Assembly (NCBI RefSeq): GCF_009914755.1
Contig: NC_060937.1
Direction: 5' to 3' (one strand)
Length of the DNA stretch: 64,000 nucleotides
DNA from: the human T2T-CHM13v2.0 reference genome, Homo sapiens
The notes beneath the pieces were generated by a model, which was not told the DNA's origin, did no database searches, and saw nothing but the letters and a program-made list of their open reading frames with translations. Positions 46,142-62,225 of this stretch are shown in pieces. Numbering within the stretch: position 1 is the first letter of the stretch; each line of letters opens with the position of its first letter. Made by a program: the position numbers and the translations under genes.

Positions 46142-46745
46142 AGAGTCTCACTCTGTCACCCAAGGCCAGGCTGGTCTCGAACTCCTGAACTCAAGTGATC
46201 CGCCCACCTCGGCCTCTCAAAGTGCTGGGATTACAGGCATGAGCCACCGTGACTGGCCAAGAACAAACTGTTGATTGCACATTTGCCTTTGGACATTTCA
46301 CATCAGACACCTCAAACTCTGTGTCCAAAACTCAACGTCCTCTCCTCCCCTCCCACCTCCTCCTCCACCTCCTTGTCCACACACACATACAGATCCCCTG
46401 TCTATGTTCCCTCTGTCTTGGTGAATGGTGTTTCCATCTACCTGTTTGCTCAAATCAGAAACTCAAAGATCACCCATGACTCCTTCCTGTCCTCACTACA
46501 TCCTGCTGAAGCCTACTTCCAAATGTTGCTTGAATCCATCTGCTTCTTTTCATCCCTGCTGCCACCTCCTGGGCAACATTCAGGTAATACCTAGAAAATT
46601 GCAATAGTTTCCTAACTTCTTAGTCCGATTCTAGTCTTATTTCTCTCCAATCTATATTCTCAGCCAGTGTGATTCCTTCAAAATCAATGTGATCACTTCA
46701 ATCTTCTTAAAATCCTTCAATGATTCCTCATTACTCTAAGAATAA
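45730..46745 (+). mobile_element. L2 fragment
   Basis: Pyrimidine-rich; acacctcaaactctgtgtccaaaactcaac, tgctcaaatcagaaac, ttaaaatccttcaatgattcc. Confidence 0.75.
46110..46258 (-). mobile_element. Monomer-length Alu (right-arm 3' end fused to left arm)
   Basis: Poly-T, gagtctcactctgtcacccaa|ggccaggctggtctcgaactcc...gagccaccgtgactggcc. Confidence 0.88.
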
Positions 46746-46749
46746 ATAC

Positions 46750-46960
46750 AGTTTTGTGGTTAAGATAATATGTTTAGCAATCAGAAAGACAGTTCCTAGC
46801 CATATGACCTTAAAAAAGTGACCACATTTCTCTAAGCCTCATTTCCTCATCAGTAAAATGGGGTTGCTTTGAGGAGTAAGTACAAAAATTCAGGGGATGT
46901 CCTGAGCCCCAAGTGTAGCAGAGAAAAGGTATACAGTAAATATTGGTTGATTATTGTGAA
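46750..46960 (+). mobile_element. MIR SINE
   Basis: ctctaagcctcatttcctcatcagtaaaatgggg core. Confidence 0.8.
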
Positions 46961-48269
46961 GGAAATTCGGAAAAACAGATGCTTACGATTATTAACTTTT
47001 TCAAAGTATCAGGTACACAGTACTCTACAAGAGTCAGTCAGGAAAGAGGCAAAATGATGATGCAGTTAAAGCTTTGTCCTTGATACCACAGTTCCTTCCC
47101 ATCCCATTGTTTGTGTTTCTCCCTATATTCTACGCCTGTGCTCATACTTGCCCCGGGAAAAAGCAAATCCACAAAAGAGTTGGTAAGTGACAATAAGATC
47201 CACTTTTCCCAAGGATATTCACATATGAAAGGGACATCATTTGACAATAAACACCAATAAAAGAACTTCATTTCATTTTAATAAATGGTGCAACTTCAGA
47301 CATTTGTGACACACAGAGGAGAAAAGATCCCTCCATATTTTTAAACTAATATCAGTGGTTCTGACTTGGTCTGGAAGCAAATATATTTAATGACTATTTG
47401 ACCTGGAATAAGAAACAGAGTAAACTTAGAAAGTAAAATAAGCTGTGTTACTTGAACATAATAAAACATTAAGCATTATTCTCTAAATACAATAATGTTC
47501 TGACAATCATGTAAATTAGAAATAACCCAGTAGAATTCTTCCATTTCAGCTGTTTAAAAATTCTCACTTACGAACTAAGAGCAATTGCTGCCGAAAAATT
47601 TAAGCCTCACGGCTTGAAAAGGAAACAAAACACAGAAGTATGCTTTCTCAGCCACACCTTGAGATGGAGTGCTAACAGAGCTACTCATACATTAATAATA
47701 ATAATAATAAATAATCCTTGGCACAATAACTGAAAGTCAGATTACTTGATTTCAAAATAAATCAATGCAACCCAACTGAAATAGGAATTCCAGAGAGAAT
47801 ATTTGACAAAAGTATGGCCAAGTATTATCTTGTCCTAAATGTAGAATATTTAAAAGGTAAACAGAGTTTGAATTTGATGAATATATGAATGTATACAGAA
47901 TAGGAACATTTCAAGTGCGAGGTATCATGATGAGATAAAAGGAGAAACTAATTATCTGAAATTAAAGCAACAAAAGTTAGTGTTTTGAAAAATGAAAAAT
48001 ATTTGAAAAATATTACTGAAGTTCAAAGATGTTAGAGATATTAAAAATGAGCCCCTCATGTATCTACCATTTTAGTAGTACATGAAACATTAGAAGCAGA
48101 GGCATAGGGGCCCTCATTTCCCAGGAAAATTGATGAGGCAAAAAATGAATACATAACACCCATTTTCCATAATATGTTAATTGTAAAACATTCATAAATG
48201 TGATGGTGAACATATTCTTCTTTATGGATTATATAGCAATATTTTAACATAATAATCTTCACTTAAAAT

Positions 48270-48790
<521 letters not shown>

Positions 48791-48945
48791 GGTCCCCCCC
48801 CCAAAAAAAAACACTAGAAGCACACACTCTATTGCAACCCCGTATATTGAAGCTCCTGCTGCTTCCTACTTCAAACCCCTCTGTTTGGAAATCCAAATAG
48901 AAACTCTTTAGAACTTAGCAATATAACACATTAAGAGGATGTCTC

Positions 48946-49250
48946 GGCCATGTGTGGTGGCTCACGCCTGTAATCCCAGCACTTTCGGAGGCCAAGGTGG
49001 GTGGATCACTAGGTCAGGAGTTCAAGACCAGCGTGGCCAACATGATGAAACCCCGTCTCTACTGAAAATACAAAAATTAGCTGGACGTGGTGATGTGCAC
49101 CTGTAATCCCAGCTACTTGGGAGGCTGAGGCAGGAGAATCATTTGGACCCAGGAGATGGAGGCTGCAGTGAGCTGAGCCGAGATTGTGCCACTGCACTCC
49201 AGCCTGGGCAACAGAGCGAGACTCAGTCTCAAAAAAAAAAAAAAAAAAAA
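48946..49250 (+). mobile_element. AluS SINE
   Basis: Full dimer; TSD aaga(g/a)gat(g/a)tctc. Confidence 0.95.
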
Positions 49251-49580
49251 AAGAAGATATCTCTAAAATCCAAAATGTGACTTATGGATAGACAATTTTA
49301 GAAAACTGCTCCTATTGGGGGGATAATTATTCATACTCACCTAATAATCCTGAGATTATAGTTAGCTCTATAAACATGAAGGAAGGGTACACTTTGGAGC
49401 AGATGTGAAATGATGTCACTTATTCACTGATGTCAGTATAGTTAGATCACGTGTCTCTCGACCACCAGTGGGTTTTCTCTGGGTATTGTATTCACTAAAC
49501 ATTTGCCGAGTGCTTAGTCAGTATATAGATACACACATTTCTAGCACTATGCTAGGTGCTTAACCCTTTCTGTTGTGTAG

Positions 49581-49594
49581 GTGGCTTGGAGCAG
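49581..49594 (+). other. Candidate 14-nt micro-exon
   Basis: Branch-like cttaac, cctttctgttgtgtag| GTGGCTTGGAGCAG |gtaagt. Confidence 0.3.
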
Positions 49595-49697
49595 GTAAGT
49601 GGTCTATATTGGAGATCCAAGAACTCTAGAACTGTAAGAATTATCTCATGGATAATTCATGGATAACTATTAGAATTATCTCATGGATAATTCTCAT

Positions 49698-50145
<448 letters not shown>

Positions 50146-50902
50146 AAAAGTCATTTGCCTCATTTGCTGAGATCCCCCAGAAAGTGTTAATTTTGTAATA
50201 CCTCCAAAGCCATAGTAGTTATAAATCCATGTTCATGCAGACAGTCTAAAAACATCTTAGGTATTTATTTTATGATAAGGCTGGATATAAAATGCAATTG
50301 CTTTTTGAAACAAATGTACCCAGTAATGTATCCTTTGCCCACATAGCCAAATATGACAGATTAAAATACAGAACTGCGCTAAGTAACCATAAAAACATTC
50401 AGATAATTTTTTTTGGGAGGCTATGTCCCTTAGGGCTTGTAATGATCAATCAAGTCAATGAATAAATTAACTACTATTGTACTAGTCAAACTAGAAAGCA
50501 GTTTCAACACCTGCTGCTCCTGAAAAACAAAGGGCCCATTTTTTCCTAATGCCCTCATGTTAACCTTTAAAACCAAAAGCAGTAGATAAAAATCCCAGAG
50601 TAAATAAATTCTTATGTAAACATGGAAGCTATTTTATTATCTGCCCTTTACTTTATTCAGAACTCACCTGCTGGTTTCAAACTCAATAGGTTATATTCAG
50701 TAGTAACCTTGATTTGAATATTACTGGATAATGTCTAAGTAACAATGAGTAGAAAAGGTTAATCACTAGATTACCACTAGAAAGTTAGTTTCCTTAGACA
50801 AGTATATGGGATATATTACACACTGAGTTTGGCCCGAGTAATTTATGGCTGACTTTGTTATAGGTGAATTATATCTCAAATAACCTTTTCCTAAATCACC
50901 CT

Positions 50903-51320
50903 TGTCTTAGTTTGTTTGCGTGTTGCTACAAAGAAATACCTGAGGCTATATATATAAATAAATATATATATATGTTTATTTGGCTCACAGTTCTGGTATC
51001 CCGAACAGCTCAAAACTGGGCAAGGGCCTCAGGCTATTTCCACTCCTGGCTGAAGGTGAAGGGGAATTTGTATATAGAGAGATCACAGGGAGAGAGAGGA
51101 AGCAGAAGAGGGGCCAGGTGCCAGGCTCTTTTTAACGACCAGCTTTCACAAGAACTAATAAAGTGAGAACTCACTCACCCCTCAACCCAAGTGAGGGTTT
51201 TAATCTATTCATGAGGGATCTGCCTCTGTGACCCAGACACCTCCCATTAGACACCCATCTCCAACATTGAAATTAAATTTCAGCATGAGTTTTGAGGAAT
51301 CAAACATCCAAACTATAGCA
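50903..51320 (-). mobile_element. MaLR solo LTR (MST family)
   Basis: tgtcttagtttgtttg...atacctgaggct...aatctattcatgagggatctgcc...caaacatccaaactatagca. Confidence 0.88.
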
Positions 51321-52211
51321 CTCCTCATGTTAGCTACCCAATAGATCATGTACAAATTATACATAAAAAGTATAGGGTTTAAAAAAAGAAAATAAAATAT
51401 TTCAAAGCATTGTAATCTGTAATTGCAGAGTCATTTTGACAAGACAGTCTTAAAGAAGAGGTTAACCAAACTATCAGTTGATGAAGAAGTAAAATGAAAA
51501 TATAATGTTCCTTATTTACCATACTAAATTCTCACTATTCCCTTTAAATTTGAATTCAAAATATTGCAAGCATGGCCTTGCAGGAAAGTTCCCAAAACTT
51601 TCTATTTCTGCAAAAATTCTATATAGTGATTTCTGTCTAATTATCAAAGCTATTCTTTCCCTGACTCAGGCCGAGAAAAGGCCGTACTGACTCTTAGCTA
51701 GAAGGAGGGAAGAGACAGGGATGATCACAATTTCCTCACATATGACTACGTGATGAAAGCTAAAAAGAAAAAAAAAACCAAAATCACTAAAAAAGATAGA
51801 TTATATAGTTTTAAATATACTTTTTATTTTTGTTTAATCTTCCCTGATTTCCTATAGATCTGAGATATGTCATGCTTATTTTCATTGCTATATAAAAATC
51901 TCAATAAACTTTATACATAAGAGTAAAATGAAAATCCACTTTTGTGGACTGAAAAATATTTCAGTTTCACCTATGATATATAAATCTCTCTGTTTCTAAA
52001 TATAAATTTTGGTGTATGTATATTAGCGTTCATGTATTTGAAATAGAAGGAGTAATACAGAATTTTAGACATTTAATCTAATGCAAAAACACGAGTCTTT
52101 ACTAGTTCAGTGAGTCTAAAATGATGCTATTTAATAAACCATAGCATTTTAATAAGCATTCTTGACATCTGGTGCTAATAAAAAGGACTATGTTTTACAG
52201 TTAACATTTAA

Positions 52212-52300
52212 GGAAAAAACATGACTGTAGTTTTGTTATTTATCATAGATCACAGATGGCATAGCCCACATTTGGGTGGCTTCATTTCCTTCTTGATTAG
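52212..52300 (+). repeat. Copy D of the 89 bp direct repeat
   Basis: Matches 49698-49786. Confidence 0.9.
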
Positions 52301-52612
52301 TTTACATAAAGAGGCTACTTGTTCTCTCTCTTTCTGTGTATATTTTATACAGGATTTGGGCCAAGTCCCAGAAATTAATACATGAACAAAGAAAGGAATT
52401 CATTAAATTTAATGTGAAGTTTCTGAAAAACAAAACTGATTATAGACTTTTTCTGGATCCAGTTTAGTTAATAGATTCATTCTAAAACAAGGATCCAAGG
52501 AATTTTGCATCTGGAAAAATATTTGAAGCAAGTTTTCTGGAAATGCAAGAAACCGCAAGGACCTAAAAACGTCCGTCTCTTGTACAACTATGTGCCCTAG
52601 GCAAATACTTAC

Positions 52613-52689
52613 TAGTCCTTCTATCCAAAACAGGTTCTTCCACGAGCTTGTGTGCAAGCCAGCAGCTGAGCATGATGCTGCTGCAACAC
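52613..52689 (-). other. Candidate exon (77 nt)
   Basis: Minus-strand acceptor tccctgtctag| and donor CTA|gtaagt; GC-richer than flanks. Confidence 0.35.
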
Positions 52690-53384
52690 CTAGACAGGGA
52701 TGTAGGCTTCCAGGTGCTCTCCTTGCCTCTGGCTAGCTCTTTTCCAACCATGAAACTGAAGTATGGGCTTCCCTTTTCCTACTTGCTCAGACTTTTTGTG
52801 TTCTTCCCTTTAGATCCTTTGCTGAGTGTCCTGCTCCAACTTGGACATTAGACTTGAGTTGTACTCTGACTCTCATTAACCCCAACTTACCACTTCCTTA
52901 CACGTTCCTCTGGAAAATGTCATGCTTATCTGGAAGCATCAGTGCAAGAGTATAAAACATATGTCATATGACTTTTCACTAGATTTTGTTAGAAGGATTG
53001 AAAATTAATGATTACATTTACCAGATAGTAATAACAGAAATAGTATGCTCTAAGATGCTCAATAAGACACACAGAAGCTCAGACTGAAAAGACAATAGAT
53101 TAATCTGTGAGAAATGGAGAGATGGGAGTGTTAATTAGCTCAAAATCAAACAAATTTTATCCTCAGAATTCTTTAATTCTGAAAATAAGAGAGAAATAAG
53201 ATATATATATAAACACCATTAGAAAGCAATTAAATGCAGAATTTATTACAATACAGAATTAACTGATTGAGATAATAAGCACAATTAATTTTTAGAATAC
53301 CTTAAAGTTAGTGAAAGAGGTTATGTATGCTGTTGAAAATCTGACTAGATTAGAATAAAATTGAGTTCTTCTTTAAACTAAATT

Positions 53385-55885
53385 ATCGTTATTATTATTA
53401 AATTTTTATTGATACATAATAATTGTACATACTTATGGGATATGTGATGTTTCGATATGTGTTCATTGTGTTATGAGCAAATCAGATTATAATAGCGTAT
53501 CCAGCACTTAAATATTTATCATTTCTTTTTCTGAGTACATTCAAAACCCTCTCTTCTAGCTTTTTTGAAATATGATACATTATTGTTAATTCTCCTATTC
53601 TCCCTCCTCACTACACTTCCCATCCTCTGGTAACCACTATTCTACTCTCTACTTCAATGAGAACAACTTTTTTAGATTTCATATAAGTGACATCATGCAG
53701 TATTCATCTTTATGTTCCTGACTTATTTCACTCAATATAATTTAACAGGTTCATCCATGTTGCCACAAGTGACAAAATATTCTTTTTTTATGGCTGAATA
53801 GTATTCCATTGTGTATATATACTGTATTTTTAAGCTCATTCAACCACTGAGGGGATTTAGGTTCTTTACTTACCTTGGCTGTTGTGAATTGTACTGTGCT
53901 AAACACAGGAGTGCAAATACCTCTTTGACATATTGATATCATTTCCTTTGGATATATACCCAGTAGTGGGATTGCTGGAGTACAGGGTAGTTCTATTTCT
54001 AATGTTTTTGAGGCACCGCCATACTGTTTTCCATAATGGCTGAACTAATTTACATTTCCCCTACCAATGTGTAAGGGTCCCCTTTTCTCCGCGTCTTCAC
54101 CAACATTTGTTACTGTTTGTCCTTTTGATAATAGTCATTCTAACCAGAATGAAGTGATATCTATTTGCATTTCCCCGATGATTAAAAATGTTGAGCTTTT
54201 TTTCATATATTTCTTGGCCATTTGTATGTCTTAAGAAATGTAAAGTCAGGCCTTTTGCCCATTTTTTAATTGAGTTTTTGTTGTTGTTGTTGAGTTGTTT
54301 CAGTTCCCTATATATTTTGGATATTAACGCCTCATCAGATGCATAGTTTGCAAATATATTCTCTCACTCTGCATGCTGTCTCTTTGCTTTGTTGATTGTT
54401 CTATTGTCCTAAAATGCTGTGCCAAAAAAAAAAAATAGGTTGATGTAATCCCATTTGTCTATACTTGCATTTGTTGCCTATGCTTTTGAAGTTTTTATCC
54501 AAAAAAATCCTGGTGTAGGATATTTTTCATGGACATTTTCTCCTGTGTTTTCTCTTTTAGCAGTTTTGTAGTTTTGGGTCTTACATTTAAGTTTTTAATT
54601 CATCTTGAGTTGATGTTTGTCTATGGTGAGAGAAAAGGGTCTAGTTTCATTCTTCTGCATGTGTTTAACCAGTTTTCCTAACACTATTTATTGAAGAGAC
54701 ATTCCTTTCCCCATTTTGTATTTTTGGCAACTTTGTCAAAAATTAATTGGCTGTAGATCCATGGATTTATTTCTGGATTTTTGATTCTGTTCCATCAGTC
54801 TATGTGTCTGTTTTCATGGCAGTACCATGTTGTTTTGGTTACTAACACTTAGAAGTATATTTTGAAGTCAGGTAGTCTAATGTCACCAGGTTTATTCTTT
54901 TTGCACAATATTTCTTTGGCTATTCAGGATCTTTTGTGGTTTCATGAAAATTGTAGAATGATTTTTCTATTTTTGTGAAGAATGTCACTGGTAATTTGTT
55001 AGCAATTGCATTGAAACTGTAGATTGCTTTGAGTAGTACGGACATTTTAACAATATAAATTATTGCAATTCATGAACACAGGATAACTTTCTATTTTTTG
55101 TGTCTTCTTCAATTTTTTTGTAGTTTTAATTGTAGTTATCTTTTGCTTCGTTAGTTAAATTTATTCCTAGGTAATTTTTTGTAGCTATTGAAAATGGTAT
55201 TGCCTTCTTGATTTCTTTTTCAGGTTCTTCACTATTGGCATATAGAAATACAACTGATTTTGTATGTTGATTTTGTATCTTGCAACTTTGCTTAATTTAT
55301 TTATCAGTTCTAATAGTTTTTTTGTGTGAAGTACGGGGTTTTCTATATGTAAAGATCATACTATCTGCGAATAGGGACAGCTTGATTTCTACTCTTCCCA
55401 TTTAGATTCCCTTTATTTCTTTCTTCTACCTGATTACTCTAGCTAGGACTTCCAGGACTATGTTCAATAAAAGTGGTGAAAGTGGGCACCTTTGTCTTGT
55501 TTCAGATCTTAGAGAGAAAGCTTTCAGCTTTTTCCCTTTCAGAATGATGTTGGCCGTGAGTTTGTTATGTATGGCCTTTATTATGTTGAGGCATGTTCCT
55601 TCTATACCTAATTTGTTGAGAGTTTTTATTATGAAGAGATGTTGAATTTTATCAAATACTTCTATTGAGATAGTATGATTTTTGTCCTTCATTCTATTAA
55701 CATATCATGTTTAATGATTTTCCTGTGTTGATCCATCCTTGCATCCCTAAAATGAATTCCACTTGATTATGGTGAATGATATTTTTAATGTGCTGCTGAA
55801 TTTGGCTCACTTATTTTTGTTGAGGATTTTTGTATCTGTGTTCATTAGGGATATTAACCTGAAGTTTTCTTTTTTGGTTGTGTTA
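53385..55885 (-). mobile_element. L1MA 3' 2.5 kb (5'-truncated)
   Basis: Antisense 3'UTR and ORF2; residual RT peptide MKDKNH...FDKIQH...[20 protein letters not shown] (55426-55692). Confidence 0.92.
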
Positions 55886-55959
55886 TTGAAATTTAGTTAT
55901 GGAGCCTGAATGAGATCATAGTCTAGGCTAGAAGACAGCTCTATAACAAAAAGGTTACA

Positions 55960-57400
55960 ATCTTATAGTCCTTTAGGATCATAACTTTTTTGTTTAGATA
56001 TACAAGACATAATGGTTGCACAAGAGGCAGAAGTAGTGGACATCATGTAGAGAATCAGGGGAGGTTTACAGATAGTAATATTTAAGATGGCTGTTGAAGA
56101 ATATGCTCATTGGGAAAACACAGGGAGAGGGGAATTCCAGGGAGAGGAAACAACATGTACAAAAGAGAGGAGCAGAAGAAAGCATGGCCGTTTGGGGAAA
56201 TGCAGGTGAAGTTTGTTTTTTGTTTTTGTATGTTTTTTAAAAGAGACAGGGTCTTGCTCTGTCCCCCAGGCTGGAGTGCAGTGGTGCAATCATGTCTCAC
56301 TGCAGTGTAGACCTCCTGTGCTCGAGGAATCCTTCCACCTCTGCCTCCTGAGTAGCTGAGACCTCAGGCACATGCCACCAGGCCTGGCTAATTTTTTATT
56401 TTTTGTAGATGGGGTCTCACTATGTTGCCTAGGCCAGTTTTGAACTCCTGGGCTCAAGCAATCCTTCCACCTCTATCTCCTAAAGTGCTGAAATTATAGG
56501 TATGAGCCCCCATGCCTGGCTGAAATGCAGGTATTTTGGAATTCCTGAAATGTCAGTTATAGAAAAGAGTGGAAAGTGATAGGGTTTAAGAGACAGACGT
56601 GGGCTAGATAATAAAATACTTTACTATGTTAATGAGTTGAGAACAATTTCTGTGGTGATGAGGACTCTAAAAATGTAAGTTTTATAATCTAGAAGCAACA
56701 TGAGGGATGGACTGGGGGTGGAAAGGAAGAGATCGGACACAAGTCAGGGGATTGTTGCCATAAACTATGACTAGGTGAAACGTAGGGCCCGGACTAGAGT
56801 ATGTATACAGAAAGGGTGTCTTGGATGGTTTTCAGGTTTTGGCTGAGCACCTGGTTCATGTTGACAAAGGGAGTAACAGGGGAGGTGTACAGGGGTTTGG
56901 AGCATGAGAAAAGGAGTTTTACTTTTATACACATTGAGTTTGAAGTGACTATGAGACACTCAGTTGGGTCTGCATAGAGAAGCCGGAGCTCAGGAATGTG
57001 GAATATCAATGATGTTTTAGCTGTAAAAGACGCTGAGATTGTTTAAGGAAAGTGTGGTTATACCGAGAATAAGAGAGGTAAAGGCAAAAATCTTGGCATG
57101 ATAGCATTTGTGAAGTTGAAGTAAGATTGAAGAAGAGCAGCCAGAGAAGAAAGTGATATGGTATATAACAAAAAAGGGAAGACTTTAATCAGCAGGAATA
57201 GCTTAATAGAAAAGGACTGAAAATTGATACCTCTGAAGTCACTAAAAGTTGGTAATTATGAAGTGACCTTGGCAAGAGCCAGAAGACAGAAATTAGAATA
57301 AAATAAATTAAGGAATAAGTGGGAAATAATTTACTTCAAGAAACTCAATCAGAAAGATTGAAGGAAGCAAAAATGCTGGCCTTAGGAGGTACCTTGATGA
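55960..57400 (-). mobile_element. L2 fragment(s)
   Basis: ggaattccagggagaggaaacaacatgtacaaa, caggttttggctgagcacctgg, ttgagtttgaagtgactatgagaca. Confidence 0.75.
56208..56521 (-). mobile_element. AluJ SINE
   Basis: gacagggtcttgctctg, ctcctgggctcaagcaatcc; TSD gaaatgcaggt. Confidence 0.93.
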
Positions 57401-57899
57401 AGGGCTTTTGTAATTTAGAGGAGATCAGGAGATCTCAGTATGTTCAGGGCCTAAGGAGAAGGAGCTAGTCAAGAACACAGGTGCAAATACAAGGGAACAG
57501 GATTTCTGGAATGGACCCAGGGGCACGAGGTCTGCTGGAGAAGGAGATGAGGAGGGTGTGGATAATGACAGTCTGGCCATGGTGGGCAGCCAATAGTTGC
57601 GGGGCACACATGGGAGGAACTCTCAGTTCTCTGGGGTATGAAAGCCAGATAAGGAAGGGCTGGAGCTGGAGCTGGGGGCAGTTGTGGGGGTGGGTGTCAG
57701 GGGAAACCTATTTTCCATCTGAGAGGCAACACAGTGTTTTCCTCTGCCGCACTGTTGTAGTACTCAGACTAGAGCTTCATGCTTAAATACTGCCTCCAAC
57801 TAGTCCCTAGTTATTTCACAAACCTGTCTTCTGTCCTCATGCAAATGTGAGTACTAGAAATTAATATTTCTCCTTCTCTATTTTCCTTAAGACATTATT

Positions 57900-58160
57900 G
57901 TATATTAGAAAGACTTGAGTTTCTGAATTAGATTCATTGGGTTTGAGTCTTGAATCCAACTCTTACTAGTTATATGCGCTTAGGCAACTCTTCTCCATTG
58001 TCTGAAATTTAGATTCCTTACATATAAAATGGAGGTAGTAATATAGACCTCATAAAAATGTAAAGATTAAGCTAAAAACTTGTGTACCATCTCTCATCCA
58101 TAACATGGAGGCCTAGACTGGGCACCTGATATGCTAAATCTATGCATAATAAACAAATGA
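57900..58160 (+). mobile_element. MIR SINE
   Basis: tgggtttgagtcttgaatcc...cttactagttat...catataaaatggaggtagtaata. Confidence 0.7.
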
Positions 58161-59439
58161 GTAACCTGGAACAGCGATGTATATCAACATGAAAATGTCT
58201 TTTCTTCAACTATTATATTCAGTTTCATTTCTAACTTTAAAATATATTGCCTGACATTAAAGAAACTATGGGAAAGGGTCATTCTATTACATTCCAATTT
58301 TGTCCTTCAGTAATCACAGCTGCCACCTCACTTTTAGGTGTGCATAGCAAGAAATCCAAATCAAGAGCTTGGGTTGGGTATTACCATGTGGCAGGCCTCC
58401 TTGGGCAACATCCCACTGGGTTTGAGTATTTCATAGGCATATTTGCCTTGGCCTTTAGTCTTGTTTTCATAGCTCAATAGTGCCAGCTTTCAAGATTATA
58501 CAAGATTGTAGTGACACATTTTATTTAATGCTTCATTTTCTTTATAAGAGTAGTTTTTGGCTAAAAACCAAACAAACAAAAACAACAACAAAACATGCTA
58601 TGCTTCATAAGCCTCATGCCTCTTGGTCCCTGGCTTGTTCAGCTGAATATACGCCAATAGAGAATAACTGGGTCACCAAGTTCTGGACACATCGCCCTGG
58701 AAAATGTCAGATGTTGGATGGTCTATTCCTTTCTCTGGCACCAGCTCAAGTAACTTCATGAATAAATCCTAAGTGCTTTAAGAAATAAAAATGACTCTTA
58801 AGAACATGTTTTCTTTCAAGTATAGAGAAAACACTGGTGATGTTGGCTTTTCTTTTTTAGCATCCTTTTTCATTTTGAATTTGAAAGCCACAGAAAAGCC
58901 AGTTGTTTAAGGAAATCCCAATAAGAGATGAAGTATATGAGATAGTAATAATAACATAGAGCCACTCTTTTATCTGTGTAAATGGAAGTCTAGGCCTTTA
59001 AAACTATTATTGACCAAAACATAGTTTAACAACATTTTTAGACAAAACACATTGCTGCATGCTACCATTTTAAAAAGAAGATAAAAACATTCTCCAAACA
59101 TGAAAAATGTTTTTAAAAAAGAGTGTGTAACAGGGAGGATTTGGGGCCCTGCTAATTCAGCATTTGAAAAGAATGGTCTGAGTTGTTGCTTCTCTATTCT
59201 TGCAACTTCTGCACAAAGGTGCTGATGAGTAGTGAAGAGATAAAAGGTACATAGCAGAAAGAAAAGGCTTAAAAAGTAAAACTGATAGTTCGTGATGTGA
59301 GACCCACAAGCTAAACAGACAGTCCTTGAATAATGGAAAGATGATTTTTGTGTGTGTGTGTTTACTTAATGTCTCATCTCCTAACAACTCAAAGGGCTTT
59401 CTACTTGTGGAGGCTATGAGAATGCACTGTTCAGATATT

Positions 59440-59802
59440 TTGCTACAGGGTGCTTCTGCCTCTGTCAATCCGTCATCCTCCTGATGTGAAGAACACACTT
59501 CCTGCAGGCTGCTCCTGCCCAGTGAATGAACTTGGCAGGAGGACTGATACAGACTGTTTCCAGTGAGAGGTGGGACACTTCCTATAGGTGGGTTTGGCTC
59601 TGGGAATCTCCACTGATCAGGCTAAGCTTTCTTGGAACTGCACTGTGGTCTGAAAACCCTCCTTCTCTCCCTCCTTCCATGAGTGTCAGGCATCCATTGC
59701 AGTCTGGAGGCTCTTCCCAACTTTCCTTTCTACCTTCCCTAAGAAATCTCTTGCACATCTAATCCTATCTTCGTATCTACTCTTGGAAGACATGAACTAA
59801 CA
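59440..59802 (+). mobile_element. ERVL solo LTR (LTR16-like)
   Basis: End aaatctcttgcacatctaatcctatcttcgtatctactcttggaagacatgaactaaca. Confidence 0.65.
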
Positions 59803-60993
59803 TATTCATCCACTATTTTAGTTTTGCTTTATCACCATAGGCAGTTACTTATAGACAGAAAAATTGAGGCAAAAAAAGATTTAATAAATTGCCAAAGGAG
59901 ATACGATAACTCAGTGGCCTGTCTGAGCTCTTTCTTACGACCTGAGGCTTCTGATTCCCTATAATCTTTCATTTAACAGATATTTATTGAATGACTATTA
60001 TGTGGTTGGCTCTAGAGCTTATCCTAAGAATATAGAGCTCCTGTTGAAAAGTTCTATGCAAGAGAGTGGCATGCTTAGATTTGTGATATAATCAGATCAT
60101 TTTGCTAAAAGTAGAAAACGAATGAAGGGGAGCAAGGCCAGATTAGAGGAGGCCAGTGTGGAAGCTGTTGCAGACATTCAGAGAAGAGATGATGGCAGCA
60201 TGTGTGAGAGTAGAAGAGGCAAGGAAATGTTTAATAAGGAAAATTGAGAAGATTGGTGACTCAGTAGATACTTACTCTGCACCAGGCCCTGGCCTACACT
60301 CTGGGAAGGCAGAGAATAAAAGACATATTCCCAACTGTCCAGAAGGATTTGGCTGGCTTTTGTTCAAAGATATGTAAGTAAAGGAACTTTTAATTCACCC
60401 CAGTTGCTTAAAGCCCAGGAACATAATGGAAAACAGGAGGGAAAAAGTCTCCAACAACAATAAAACCAGAATATGGCCATAAGCCTAAACCACAGACTGT
60501 GACACACAGAAGCCATTTATGGTGGAAAGGTCTGCCAACAGGAGGATGCTGAGAGCAGACACAAGCCTCAGACTCTGAACAGGATGCAACCATCTCCAAA
60601 AGTAAGTGTCACGATAGTGGAAAGTCTATCCATTATCCTTTGACCAGGAAAACCAGTACTAAGAGAATTTGAGAGAGGCAGGGAGTCCCCTTATGTATAG
60701 TTCTCTAACACAAAAGGAAGTCAGGGGAGGTGGGGCTAAGACAGGCTGATGCCCCATATTACCTTTTACACCCAGAAGTGAAGCCAGGCTGAAGGACAGA
60801 AGGGAATAATCAAGTATCAGATCTTGAGACAAAGCCTTGTGATTTACCGGGCTTTAGTTTGAATCAAACTGCCTTCTAGAACAAGAGTTACAACAAAAGC
60901 CTGCCAGCTAAATCTGGCTCATTGCTTATTTTTGTTCTGTTGTGAGCTGGGAATGATTTTTACATTTTAAATAGTTAAAAAAAAATAAAAAGC

Positions 60994-61333
<340 letters not shown>

Positions 61334-61418
61334 ACGAATAATATTTCATGACAAGAAAGTCATATGATATCCAAATTTCAATGTCCATGAATAAAGTTTT
61401 ATTGGAACACAGCCATGA

Positions 61419-62225
<807 letters not shown>

